In this document: positions 22,619 through 43,100 of the stretch, piece by piece
How the letters are laid out: every line of letters begins with the position of its first letter
Position numbering within the stretch: position 1 is the stretch's first letter
Program-made: the position numbers and the translations under genes
Assembly: GCA_002269645.1 (NCBI GenBank)
Contig: NIVC01002555.1
Location: 1-63,642 of the forward strand
Direction of reading: 5' to 3'
DNA from: Macrostomum lignano
Lineage: Eukaryota
DNA: 63,642 bases
The notes under the pieces: model-generated
Database searches by the model: none
Told to the model about the DNA's origin: nothing
The model's input: the letters and a program-made list of their open reading frames with translations, nothing else

Positions 22619-23217
22619 ATCGACAGCTGATCGCTCCAGGTTGGGGGCGCCCTGTAACCGTCTCGTCCGCAGGGAGCTCTCACTCAGCTACCGGCAGAAA
22701 CTGGTTGTCTGCCGAGCTCACGCTGCTGCTGCTGATGCTACTTTTTTAATTGTCTTTTTTCGATTAAAAAGCCAGAGTGGCTGTTAGAGAGCGAACGAGC
22801 GGTCTTTGCTACCTGACAGCTCTGCACCTGTTCAAAAGTGGCCCAGTGTGCCTGTCTCTCTAAAGCAACAAATCTCTGCACTCGTTTATTGCTTCTCTCA
22901 GTACAGCTGGCTGCAGGCAGACCTGTCTTTGGCCCCGAAGATTTGCCCCGGGGCAGTGAGACTGTGCGGCCTCGGGGTGTGCAGCTCTGCCCCGTTTGTG
23001 CGAGCGGTTCGTCACGGGCGGCTGGCTGGTGCCGGGCTGCACTTTCTGCCCCTTACTGACTAAGATATCTTAGATGCGAATAACTACTCTTTCGGGCTTT
23101 GAGCACGCGACTTCGGGTTGGCTCTCTTAGAAGGGGAGAAGAGTGGACGGGAGTTTTCCCTGGGAGCAGAAAAATGTACAGTAGATGTACTTTTAATATA
23201 TAGAATGGAGTCAGTGA

Positions 23218-23582
<365 letters not shown>

Positions 23583-24369
23583 AGCGGCAGCGAAACCCTT
23601 TGAGTTAACTTTGAATATAGTTCGAATTAAAATAGACGCGGCACGTACTACTTTTTAATAGCCGCGTAAGTAGCCGATGACAGTTTTTTACCGAAAATTG
23701 TACAGCTCAGAGTAAATTTACAATAATCGGAGTTGATGTGGAAGATATCAAACGCACTTAAAGCATTGACTTCTCACTACCCCACTCTTCTTAATCTCGC
23801 TATCTTCACGGTCCTCCGACACTGGCCTCTCAACTGCACCCAAATGCTCTCCCCGTCTTTAATAAGATCTACTAAAGCCTCTCCCATGGTATAGGCGCCA
23901 CGGAAACGTCAGCCCAACCAGCCAATCAGAATCGAGCAAGCAGATCACCAGTCGACTTCAGTGAGTTTTCATTGGCCAGTCACTCCAGGCAGCTTCATCG
24001 GGCATTGGCAATAAAACGGGACTGCAGGTTAAGCCTTGGCTGCCTACGCATATCAGAGCACTCTCAATGCATGCCCGATGCCCTTTCCAAGAACGCGCTA
24101 CACAATCACCAGGCGGGATTCTTTGATCCCCAGGAAGTTTGACACGACAAGGCGGGCCAGGACTCAGCGATTAACCAACTCCGGCTTATTTAAGGTAGGA
24201 ATTCACTTCAATATGCTGCACTTTTTGAGCACTTTTCCTACCCTTTTTTATCTGCTCTTAGAGTATATGATGCGGCCCATCTCAACCGGGTGCTCATCCA
24301 ATACGCATTTCATATGTCTTCCCACCTGCTACACTCCCTTCAAACCACTCTGCCCTCTACATATTCTCC

Positions 24370-25510
24370 CCATCTAACTATTTCCCTTACCTACTCTCCC
24401 ATCTGTCTACTCTCCCATCTCACTCTCTACTCCCCCATCTGTCTACTCTCCCATCTATCTACTCCCCTATTTATCTACTCTCCCATCTATCTACTCTCCC
24501 ATCTATCTACTCTCCCATCTGTTTACTCTCTCATCTGTCTACTCTCCCATCTATCTACTCTCCCATCTGTCTACTCTCCTATCTGTCTACTCTCCCATCT
24601 ATCTACTCTAACATCTGTCTACTCTCCCATCTATCTACTCTCCCATCTGTCTACTCTCCCATCTGTTTACTCTCTCATCTGTCTACTCTCCCATCTGTCT
24701 ACTCTCCTATCTATCTACTCTCCCATCTGTCTACTCTCCCATCTGTCTACTCTCCCATCTATCTACTCTCCCATCTGTCTACTCTCCCATCTGTCTACTC
24801 TCCCATCTATCTACTCTCCCATCTGTCTACTCTCCCATCTATCTACTCTCCCATCTGTCTACTCTCCCATCTGTCTACTCTCCCATCTATCTACTCTCCC
24901 ATCTGTCTACTCTCCTATCTATCTACTCTCCCATCTGTCTACTCTCCCATCTGTCTACTCTCCTATCTATCTACTCTCCTATCTATCTACTCTCCCATCT
25001 GTCTACTCTCCTATCTATCTACTCTCCCATCTGTCTACTCTCCCATCTGTCTACTCTCCCATCTATCTACTCTCCCATCTGTCTACTCTCCTATCTATCT
25101 ACTCTCCTATCTATCTACTCTCCTATCTATCTACTCTCCTATCTATCTACTCTCCTATCTATCTACTCTTCTATCTATCTACTCTCCTATCTATCTACTC
25201 TCCTATCTATCTACTCTCCTATCTATCTACTCTCCTATCTATCTACTCTCCTATCTATCTACTCTCCTATCTATCTACTCTCCTATCTATCTACTCTCCT
25301 ATCTATCTACTCTCCTATCTATCTACTCTCCTATCTATCTACTCTCCCATCTGTCTACTCTCCCATCTGTCTACTCTCCTATCTATCTACTCTCCTATCT
25401 ATCTACTCTCCTATCTATCTACTCTCCCATCTGTCTACTCTCCCATCTGTCTACTCTCCTATCTATCTACTCTCCCATCTATCTACTCTCCTATCTATCT
25501 ACTCTCCCTC
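24370..25510. repeat. 16-bp pyrimidine-rich minisatellite
   Basis: Unit ATCTRTCTACTCTCCY, about 70 copies. Confidence 0.95.
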
Positions 25511-26009
25511 CATCCTTCCCCTGTTTCCCCGTCTGCCTCAGCACTCCCCTCACACGGCACTCCCGCTAAAAAAACACAGTGCTAAAAACCCTGCGTGACA
25601 ATCAGCTGCAGCCCAGCTCAGAGTGTGAGACTGTCTGCTTTGTCTCAGAGCCACTCTCGATCCCACAGTCCCGCTTCATCAGAGCAAGAGATGCTGCTGG
25701 CCGATCCTTCCTGACCCACACAGGCATCCCTCCCTGAGTTACTCATCTCGCTATCTTTCACACGTGTAAGAATTTCTCTGAACAGCATCGCTCCTCCCCC
25801 GCCTACTTACCTGCTCAGGTACTGCTGTCTGCTGCAGCTCTGCTGGCCCTGATTCTCAATGCGCACCTCCTGCTGTGGCATCAGTTCAGCTCTGGGGAGA
25901 CGGCCAGACTGCCCGAAGTGCCAGCGGGTGAGGCTGGCCTCTTCTCGACTTGGGGTGTGAAACTTGGGAAGTGAGGACTGGCAAAATGAACGAAGGCACT
26001 GTAGCAGCA

Positions 26010-26550
26010 CGTGAATAGAGAATAGAGGGTGAATAGAGAGGGTGAGTAGAGGGTGAGTAGAGGGTGAGTAGAGAGGGTGAGTAGAGAGGGTGAGTAAAGA
26101 GGGTGAGTAGAGAGGGGTGAGTAGAGAGAGAGAGGGTGAGTAGAGAGGGTGAGTAGAGAGGGTGAGTAGAGAGGGTGAGTAGAGAGGGTGAGTAGAGAGG
26201 GTGAGTAGAGAGGGTGAGTAGAGAGGGTGAGTAGAGAGGGTGAGTAGAGAGGGTGAGTAGAGAGGGTGAGTAGAGAGGGTGAGTAGAGAGGGTGAGTAGA
26301 GAGGGTGAGTAGAGAGAGTGAGTAGAGAGAGAGAGTGAGTAGAGCGAGAGAGAGTAGAGAGAGGGTGAGTAGAGAGGGTGAGTAGAGAGGGTGAGTAGAG
26401 AGGGTGAGTAGAGAGGGTGAGTAGAGAGGGTGAGTAGAGAGGGTGAGTAGAGAGGGTGAGTAGAGAGGGTGAGTAGAGAGGGTAAGTAGAGAGAGGGTGA
26501 GTAGAGAGGGTGAGTAGAGAGGGTGAGTAGAGAGGGTGAGTAGAGTGGTG
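26010..26550. repeat. 13-bp purine-rich minisatellite
   Basis: Unit GAGAGGGTGAGTA, roughly 35-40 copies. Confidence 0.95.
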
Positions 26551-27149
26551 AGCAGGAAAGGTAAGTAAATATGGTTAAAGAACACTGTAAGCAAGCTCAT
26601 CCCAGAGCAGCCCCGGTCTTCAGTCTGAGCCAGAGCTGGCTGCATGTCTCGGGTTCCCCCCAGCTGCATTCCTTCATCCGCTAAATGTCAACACTTGAGG
26701 CCAAGGGTAGCCGGTGTGTGGCTGAGCAAACATACTGCTGGCTGATGGCCAAAGCAAGTGCTGGCAGCAGAGCAAGCAGTATTGAAGATAAAAAAGTCAT
26801 TAGCGGGATCATATATATTAATAGTAGTAAACTAAGTAAAATACTATAGCTATATGGCATTGTTTGCTCTAACAGCCACCACACCCAAGCGATTCCCCGC
26901 TAGCTAATATCCCTGCGCTCCTCACAGCCCCATTCTGAGACCCGAAGAGCCTCATCATAGGCATAGGAAAAGTTGGAATTTTTTCGGGGGAAAAGATACG
27001 CTTGATAAGATCTTCCAACATTTGTTTGCCTCTTCTGCAATTGGCTCTTCTGCATTTACATTTCTGCCTCTGTTAAAGAGAATTTGTCATAGCCTGAATC
27101 CCACATTATTGTTTCTTGGAACTGACCTGAAATATACGCTACTACCGTA

Positions 27150-27640
27150 TCGTAGAGATGACCCTGAATCTCAAATTACTTTTTCTTAGAAAAAAACAGA
27201 GTTTAAAATTACTGTTTCTTAGAAATGACCTGAATCTAATTTTACCATTTCTTAGAAATGTCTTGAATCCGAAATTGCAATTTCTCATGAATGATCTAAA
27301 TCCCAGATTACAGTTTCTTGGAAATGGCATGGATCCCACACAACCGTTTCTTAGAATTGACCTGAAATATACACTATCATTTCTTAGAAATGTCTTAAAT
27401 ACCACACTACTGTTTCTTAGAATTGACCTGAAAAATACACTATCATTTCTTAGAAATGTCTTAAATACCACACAACTGTTTCTTAGAATTGACCTGAAAA
27501 ATACACTACCATTTCTTAGAAATGTCTTGAATCCCACACAACCCTTTCTTAGAAATGGCCTAAATACTCGTAGATTACCGCTTCCTGGAAATGACCTGAA
27601 TCCCACATCAGCGTTTCTTAGAAATGGTCTGAATCCCTGA
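27150..27640. repeat. Degenerate 33-bp minisatellite
   Basis: TTTCTTAGAAATG recurs every 33 nt with variable spacers. Confidence 0.8.
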
Positions 27641-28729
27641 TTACCATAGCATTGTAATGACCCTAATTTCGCATTACCAGTGCTTAGGGCTTGGACCTGG
27701 CAGTACTAGATAGGTACAAATGAGCTTGTACTCAGTAGACTGGTCAGACCAAGCCTACTCAATGAGGCAACCAAGGCCTCGGGCAGCTGAGTCCGACAAG
27801 CTACAGTTCACCTAGTTGTACTTCTGCACCGACATCCCCAATCTGTACCGTCCTCCGCGCGGCCTCACTTCCATTTCCTTCTCTCTCTCTGTGTGTGCGG
27901 CCGCTCCCCTCTCGCACGCCGCGCCGCGCGACTCTCTCAAGGACCCTCTTATGTGGACCCTTGTGGACTCCGTGGCCGCTCCCTCAATGCTTTGCTACCA
28001 ACAGCTGTTCTCGCCTACCGGTCGGTCCGCTAGCGAGCAGCCCCCTGAGTCCAGCCTCAACCTACAAGCTGAGCTAATTCAGCGAATCCAATTAAAGCCT
28101 GCAGAGACACAGGACGACGCGAGCAGGCAGGGAGACGGTTGAGACGGACGTCGGGTTTGATGCTCAGCGTTGACAGCCCAGCTGATCCTGTAGGAAGAGA
28201 AGGGGACCTCAGATGAGGGACTGGGAGAATGGGGTGGGGAATGGCGGCGGATCAACCTGAAGAAGCAGAATTAGCAGCTCAATGGTATCGGATTACCGCC
28301 ATGCTCAGAGCTCAGCTCGTCACTTTTGAGCATGACATGGAGATTAGTTGAGCTCTCTGCTCCATTGGGAAATTCTGCGCCCATTGTCTCCCTCTCCTTC
28401 TCTCTCTCTATCCCTCAGCTTAATTCTTATCATGGCCACTAAATTGCGCTCGGAACCTGATCGATTTTATCGCAACCTGTCGGTCTGAATAACATGCAGA
28501 TCACGTGATCGGTCGCTGCGCTTTCGGGCCCGCCTAGACAAGACAGAAATGCAAGCTGGTCAAGGACCGTGAATCCAGGGGGGTCGAGGTCCGAAATGAG
28601 GATCTGCAGTACCTAAAATTTCTGACTCTCCGTATTCTCTGCAGTTCAACTTCCTGTCCACACAGGGTGCACAGCAGCTCTGACTTTCCAGCCATGAGGC
28701 ATCGATTGTGCAAGAGTCGGACGGATCAT

Positions 28730-30538
28730 AGTTGATTCCGTGTTAGATTCCGTGGTAGATTCCGTGGTAGATTCCGTGGTAGATTCCGAGGTAGATTCCG
28801 TGGTAGATTCCGTGGTAGATTTCGTGGTAGATTCCGTGATAGATTCCGTGGTAGATTCCGTGGTAGATTCCGTGGTAGATTCCGAGGTAGATTCCGTGGT
28901 AGATTCCGTTGTAGATTACGTGGTAGATTCCGTGGTTGATTCCGTGTTAGATTCCGTGGTAGATTTCGTGGTAGATTCCGAGGTAGATTCCGTGGTAGAT
29001 TCCGTGGTAGATTTCGTGGTAGATTCCGTGATAGATTCCGTGGTAGATTCCGTGGTAGATTCCGTGGTAGATTCCGTGGTAGATTCCGAGGTAGATTTCG
29101 TGGTAGATTCCGTGGTAGATTTCGTGGTAGATTCCGTGATAGATTTCGTGGTAGATTCCGTGGTAGATTCCGTGGTAGATTCCGAGGTAGATTCCGTGGT
29201 AGATTCCGTGGTAGATTCCGAGGTAGATTCCGTGGTAGATTCCGTGGTAGATTCCGTAGTAGATTCCGAGGTAGATTCCGTGGTAGATTCCGTGGTAGAT
29301 TCCGTGGTAGATTTCGTGGTAAATTTCGTGGTAGATTCCGTGGTAGATTCCGTGGTAAATTTCGTGGTAGATTCCGTGGTAGATTCCGAGGTAGATTTCG
29401 TGGTAGATTCCGTGTTAGATTCCGTGGTAGATTCCGAGGTAGATTCCGTGGTAGATTCCATAGTAGATTCCGAGGTAGATTCCGTGGTAGATTCCGTGAT
29501 AGATTCCGTGGTAGATTCCGTGGTAGATTCCGAGGTAGATTCCGTGGTAGATTCCGTTGTAGATTTCGTGGTAGATTCCGTGATAGATTCCGTGGTTGAT
29601 TCCGTGGTTGATTCCGTGTTAGATTCCGTGGTAGATTCCGTGGTAGATTCCGAGGTAGATTCCGTGGTAGATTCCGTTGTAGATTTCGTGGTAGATTCCG
29701 TGATAGATTCCGTGGTAGATTCCGTGGTAGATTCCGTGGTAGATTCCGTGGTAGATTCCGAGGTAGATTCCGTGGTAGATTCCGTGGTAGATTCCGTGGT
29801 AGATTCCGAGGTAGATTCCGTGGTAGATTCCGTTGTAGATTTCGTGGTAGATTCCGTGATAGATTCCGTGGTTGATTCCGTGGTTGATTCCGTGTTAGAT
29901 TCCGTGGTAGATTCCGTGGTAGATTCCGAGGTAGATTCCGTGGTAGATTCCGTTGTAGATTTCGTGGTAGATTCCGTGATAGATTCCGTGGTAGATTCCG
30001 TGGTAGATTCCGTGGTAGATTCCGTGGTAGATTCCGAGGTAGATTCCGTGGTAGATTCCGTGGTAGATTCCGTGGTAGATTCCGTGGTAGATTCCGTGGT
30101 AAATTTCGTGGTAGATTCCGTGGTAGATTCCGTGGTAGATTCCGTGGTAGATTCCGAGGTAGATTCCGTGGTAGATTCCATGGTAGATTTCGTGGTAGAT
30201 TCCGTGATAGATTTTTTGATAGATTCCGTAGTAGATTCCGAGGTAGATTCCGTGGTAGATTCCGTGATAGATTCCGTGGTAGATTCCGTGGTAGATTCCG
30301 TGGTAGATTCCGTGGTAGATTCCGTGGTAGATTCCGTGGTAGATTCCAGGGTAGATTCCAGGGTAGATTCCGTGGTAGATTCGTGGTAGATTCCATGATA
30401 GATTACGTGGTAGATTACGTGGTAGATTCCGAGGTAGATTCCGTCGTAGATTCCGTGGTAGATTCCGTGATAGATTCCGTGGTAGATTCCGTGGTAGATT
30501 CCGTGGTAGATTCCGTGGTAGATTCCGTGGTAGATTCG
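28730..30538. repeat. 12-bp satellite, 1.8 kb
   Basis: Unit GTAGATTCCGTG, about 150 copies with recurrent variants. Confidence 0.98.
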
Positions 30539-31012
30539 CTTTAAAAACTGAAACAAATTTGATAAAAATCAGTTCAGTCAAACAGAAGTGCTGAGCAAAC
30601 TCTAGAATAAGATTGGCGCAGAGACTCCCGTGCTCGAACTGAATCGCATCTCGGATGAGGCATCGGGGCAGAGCTGCCACTCCAGACTCCGGGCGGCCGC
30701 AGAGCCAATCGCTGGGACAAACCTGGGGTTTCAATCCATCGGCTCCATCGAAGCCGCTCATTCCCGGCCGGCTCCCCAGAGGGGTAACTCAATTAGGCCT
30801 GATTGCCCGCACTGCGGGGTCGGCCCGCTGATCCTGGCCGGGGCAACGCCGCTGCGGGGACTCGCCTGGGCAAAATTTGCAAGTAAAATTCTCCACTTCC
30901 TTGGCATGTAATATGACAATTAATTTGCCTGTAGAGGGGCGCACCAAGAGTGCTCCGCAAACATCGATCGTGCCTGGGAGAACTGGAGCTGGGGACTGAC
31001 CAGTGCGCTCCG

Positions 31013-31284
<272 letters not shown>

Positions 31285-32134
31285 CATCATGCAGTCCAAG
31301 CAAGCAGCCTGCCCCAAGCGGTGCCAGTATATCTGTTTGTCTGTTTGTGAAATCACGAGAGCCAGCGGTGCTCCCCAGTTTGGTTTGGACTGACAAATTT
31401 GCCGCGGGCGTGAAACTGGGGAGGAGGCCAGTGGGTGACTCATTCCTAGAAAGGAAAAACTGAGTATGGGGAGGCGGCCTGGACCGGCTCGGCCCGCTCC
31501 CGGCCTTGTTAATCCCCAGCGGCGATGAGGCACGCAAGGCAGGGGATGCTGGGGTGGCTGCCATGCCGCCCGCCGCACTGAAGTCACGTATCGATGGCCC
31601 GGTAGGGAATTAATTGATCCGTGAGATGGCAGGCTGGGCAAAGGTTTGGGGTTCAATTCCGCCAATCACACGGGCTTCGGGATGCTCAGCGGGGCTGTTG
31701 GCTGTTGGCTCTCCTGCCTCTGAGCCGCGAAACTCATTGCGGGAAAGCTGCCTGTCAGTCAAGAAACTTCGTTTGATCCCAAATCACTACTGGCTGGGGA
31801 GGGGCGAGGAGACAAGGGACAATTTTCCCCAAGTCCCTTGGCCGGGTGGGAGCTTCCCAGCAGAGCCGCCGGGATTCCCTTTGTCCGCCCGCTTGCTTCT
31901 TTCGCTTGAGCTGCCGCGTGGGGGAAAGCAACCGAATCAGTCAGATTTTAGCGGCCATGTCAGCTCACTGCCCGACAGCGCTTCGCCCGTTCCGCTTGCT
32001 TCGCTTTTGTCCTTTGAGACTCCCCGCCTGAGGCTGAGATCGACCGGGTGATGCGGCCGGATCGATGGAGGGTAGAAATCTTAATCACACCCCGGCAGTC
32101 CGTTGGGGACCGCTGCTCACTTTAGATGGCCCTT

Positions 32135-32300
<166 letters not shown>

Positions 32301-32330
32301 GACAGACTCCACCCACCTGCAGTCCCGCAG

Positions 32331-39254
<6,924 letters not shown>

Positions 39255-40176
39255 GTAACCGCGTTGAATCAGCTGACTGATTTGTTGAACTTTAGTTATT
39301 CAGTTTTGTACTTTTTCTAAAGTACTTGCTGCTTTATTAATCAAATTCATCATTCTCGCATTTAGAATAGGAAAAAGTGAAATAGTTGATTTGTCAGTCA
39401 ATATCATGCTCAATAAATATGCAGGCCTGCTAAATAGTATTGCTGTGACCTTTAAATGAGCATCTAACAAGCGTCTATTATGATTATTTTCGGTGTACAT
39501 GATGTTTCAAATCATGTGCATGATGGTTTAAATGTTGTACATTCTGGTTACAATAATGTAAATGATGATTAAAACAAAGTAAATGCTGGTTAAAATAATG
39601 CACATGATTGTTAAATTATTCACATGATTGTTAAATGATGTACATGAGGATTAGAATTATTTACGAGGCTTGTACATGTACATAATGCTTACAATGTTGC
39701 ACATGCTCTATGCGAATGCGGACAGAGCACACTAATATATGAGAAAGTTTCACGACAGGTATTTTCTAGTTCCGTTTTCGATGAATCCCTAAAAATTCCG
39801 AAGAAATATCCCGCATATACTACTTAACTTTCCTGCGCAAGCGAGTCGCCGGTTAGCAACCAGTATGATTCTTGGAGGGCATCCGCAACGGCCGCTGGCC
39901 AGATGGGAAAGCGAAAATGACAGGAAAAAATACGCAAAAAGCGCAGTGGAGGCAGCCAAGATGTTAAACTGGGCCGGTCGGGTCTGACTAACGCTGGGAC
40001 GGGATTGGGGATCGGAGCGGACAACAGGGGGAGCTGGTGACTAATATTCTTCAGCTGCTACGAATATGCTGGCGGCTAACTGGGGGGGGGGGGTGGTTGA
40101 AATCCGTACTTGGGATAAACGGGGGGATAAAACTGGGAAGAAGGCGGCCAAGCGCAGGCCCCGTAGGAAATGTGCG

Positions 40177-43100
40177 ATGCCGCTGCGGAGGCTGCTTCAG
40201 CTGGCCCTGTGCCTGACCTCCTGCCTGAGCTGCCTCATCCTCGACTCCCACGCCGCCGATCCAGCAGCATCTGCCGACAGCCTCGAGCCACCCAGATGGA
40301 GCGTCGGTCTGGAAGCCGCTCCGGAGGACCGCGGCCTCTGGCGCCGGCTGGCCGAAATCTACAACCGCCGGACGGCGGCCGACCGCGATGAGGTCGAAGT
40401 CGAGGCGGGAGAGTCGCCGACGGTCGGCACGGCGGACCCCGTGCTGCTCCGGCGGCAGGAGGCCGCGCTGATCCCGCGAGACGGCGCCACCATCGTTGAC
40501 GCGGACAGCATCCCGCCGAACTACTTCGAAGTCAGCGAGGCCGCTGCCGCCGCTGCAGCTGCCGCAGCCGCGACCACCTCCACGCCGGCGCCGGGCTACT
40601 TCAACGGCGAGCCGCCGGACAAGAATCTGGGCATCGGCTCCGAGGTGCCGGCCAGCGTGGACCCGGCCGAGGCCATGGCCGCCTGCCAGCCGCCCTGGTG
40701 CTACCCGGCCAAGTGCACCAGCTCCAACCCCAACTGCCCACCGATTGTCTGCCCGCCGGGCACCGAGGCCAAGCTCCGGCCAGACGGCAGCGGCGTCTAC
40801 CAGTGCGTGGCCACCACGCCGCCCTGCGTGCCGGCCTGCAAGAACGGCGGAGTGTGCACCAAGTCCCGCTGCGTCTGTCCCGTCGGCTTCACGGGCGACT
40901 ACTGCGAGAGCGTCAACAAGCGCCAGTGCCGGCTGCTCACCGGCCGAATCTGCGACTACGGCTGCCGCCAGGTGGGCACCGAGTACCGCTGCCTCTGCCC
41001 GCCCTGGATCTCCGCCCCGCCTGGCGGCTTCGGCCCGGGCTCGAACCTCACCTGCGTGCCCGCCGACCCCAACGGAGCTCCGGACGAGCCGTGCCGGGCG
41101 CCCTGTCTGAACGGCGTCTGCCGCGGCGGCGCCTGCGTCTGCCGGCCCGGCTGGCGCGGAGACGACTGCGGCCGCGACGTGGACGAGTGTGCCGACGAGT
41201 GGCTGAACCGCTGCATGTACCGCTGCGCCAACACCATCGGCTCCTTTCGCTGCGAGTGCCCGCCGGGCTACCGGCTCAGCCCGCTGGACGGCACCAGCTG
41301 CGAGCCGCTGGTCTGCCCGCCCGACTGCGGCCCGCCCGGCGGCCGCTGCGTCGATGGACGCTGCGCCTGCCAGCCCGGCTGGACTGGCGACTCCTGCCGT
41401 CGGGATGTCGACGAGTGCGCCAGCAACCACGCCGACGGGCGACCCGCTGCGGCTCGGCGCTGTGCGTGAACAGCCCCGGCTCCTTCCGCTGCCGCTGCCC
41501 GCCCGGCCAACGGCTTGGCTCCGACGGCCGGTCCTGCGCGCCCAGCAACTCTTGCGAGCCCGCCTGCCGACCGGACACCGGCGCCTGCGTCAACGGCAGC
41601 TGCGCCTGCCGATCCGGCTGGTCCGGGCCCGACTGCGCCAGCGACACCGACGAGTGCGCCCTCGGCTTCCACGCCTGCCGGCACGGCTGCGCCAACACGC
41701 CCGGCTCCTTCCGCTGCCTCTGCCCGCCCGGCTACCGGCTGGCCGCTGACGGCCGCAACTGCCGGCCAGACGATCCGCGCGCCTGCTCCGACCGGCTGCG
41801 GCCGTGCCAGAACGGCGGCGCCTGCGACAGCGGGAGCCGGCGATGCCGCTGCCCGCCCGGCTTCTACGGCGACTTCTGCCAGAAGGCCGCGCCGACGACG
41901 ACGACAACGTCGACCACGACGACGTCCGCGGCGCCGACCACGGTGCGTCCTGGCGAAGAGTGCCGCCCGCCCTGCCAGCACGGCCGCTGCATCCGCGGCG
42001 GCTGCGTCTGCGACAGCGGATTCGAGGGCGCGGCCTGCCAGATCCGCTTCCGCTGCACCGGCAGCGCCGACTGCAGCCGCGGCTGGTGCGGCGCCGACGG
42101 TCGCTGCGTCTGCCTGGCCGGCTGGCGCGGCCTTCGATGCGACATGGACTTCAACGAGTGCGACTTGTCACCGGCGCCCTGCGAGCACAGCTGTCACAAC
42201 CTGCCCGGCACCTTCAGGTTGGCGCCTTCAGGACTGCGCGGGGTGGACACATTAGCTCGGGGGTGGACACATTAGCTCGGAGGTGGACACATTAGCTCGC
42301 GGGTGGACACATTAGCTCGGAGGTGGACACATTAGCTCGCGGGTGGACACATTAGCTCGGAGGTGGACACATTAGCTCGCGGGTGGACACATTAGCTCGG
42401 AGGTGGACACATTAGCTCGCGGGTGGACACATTAGCTCGCAGGTGGACACATTAGCTCGCGGGTGGACACATTAGCTCGGAGGTGGACACATTAGCTCGC
42501 GGGTGGACACATTAGCTCGCGGGTGGACACATTAGCTCGCGGGTGGACACATTAGCTCGGGGGTGGACACATTAACTCACACCAAAACCCATTGGTTGTA
42601 CACCAGAAACCTTTGTTTGTACATCAGAACCCACTGGGTGTACACCAGAACCCATTGGGTGTTCCACCAGAACCCATTGGGTGTTTCACCAGAACCCATT
42701 GGGTGCACACCAGAACCCATTGGGTGCACACCAGAACCCACTGAGTGTTCACCAAAACGCCGCAGTCTTGGCCAGCTGGTCTCCCAACCACCCGGTCCTC
42801 CAGGTGCACCTGCGATCCAGGCTTCAATGTCGGCACCAACGGCAGCTGCGTCTGGGCCGGCGATCCCAGCTGCCCGAGGGGCTGCCGCAACGGCGGCCGC
42901 TGCCGCTCCGGCAGGTGCCGCTGCGCACCGGGCTATCGCGGGCCGACTTGCAGCGCCGATGTCGACGAGTGCGCGATGGAGCGCAGCGTGCACGGCTGCG
43001 AGTTCGCCTGCTACAACACCCGCGGCAGCTGGGAGTGCCGCTGCCCGCCTGGTGAGCCGCCTCTGCCACTTTGGACTGGGTCTCTGGCTGCTCTTAGGGT

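Noticed and set aside
22690-22790. Candidate missing TM exon of the POMGNT1-like gene (WLSAELTLLLLMLLF, extending to LIVFFRLKSQ if one T is added)
   Set aside because: Needs an assumed indel, has no clear ATG or donor, and lies 9.5 kb from the next exon; not supportable without RNA data.
28455-28550. Short matches (ACCTGATCGATTTT, CAAGACAGAAAT) to the POMGNT1-like exon at 34500-34551
   Set aside because: Different spacing and no intervening similarity; probably chance.
41425-41470. Frameshift in the EGF gene read as two genes
   Set aside because: Adding one base restores a cbEGF module and a codon-multiple CDS; likely an assembly error.
40051-42154. Long minus-strand ORFs over the EGF gene (and over beta-tubulin, DCP1 and piwi exons)
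   Set aside because: Antisense shadows of GC-rich coding sequence.
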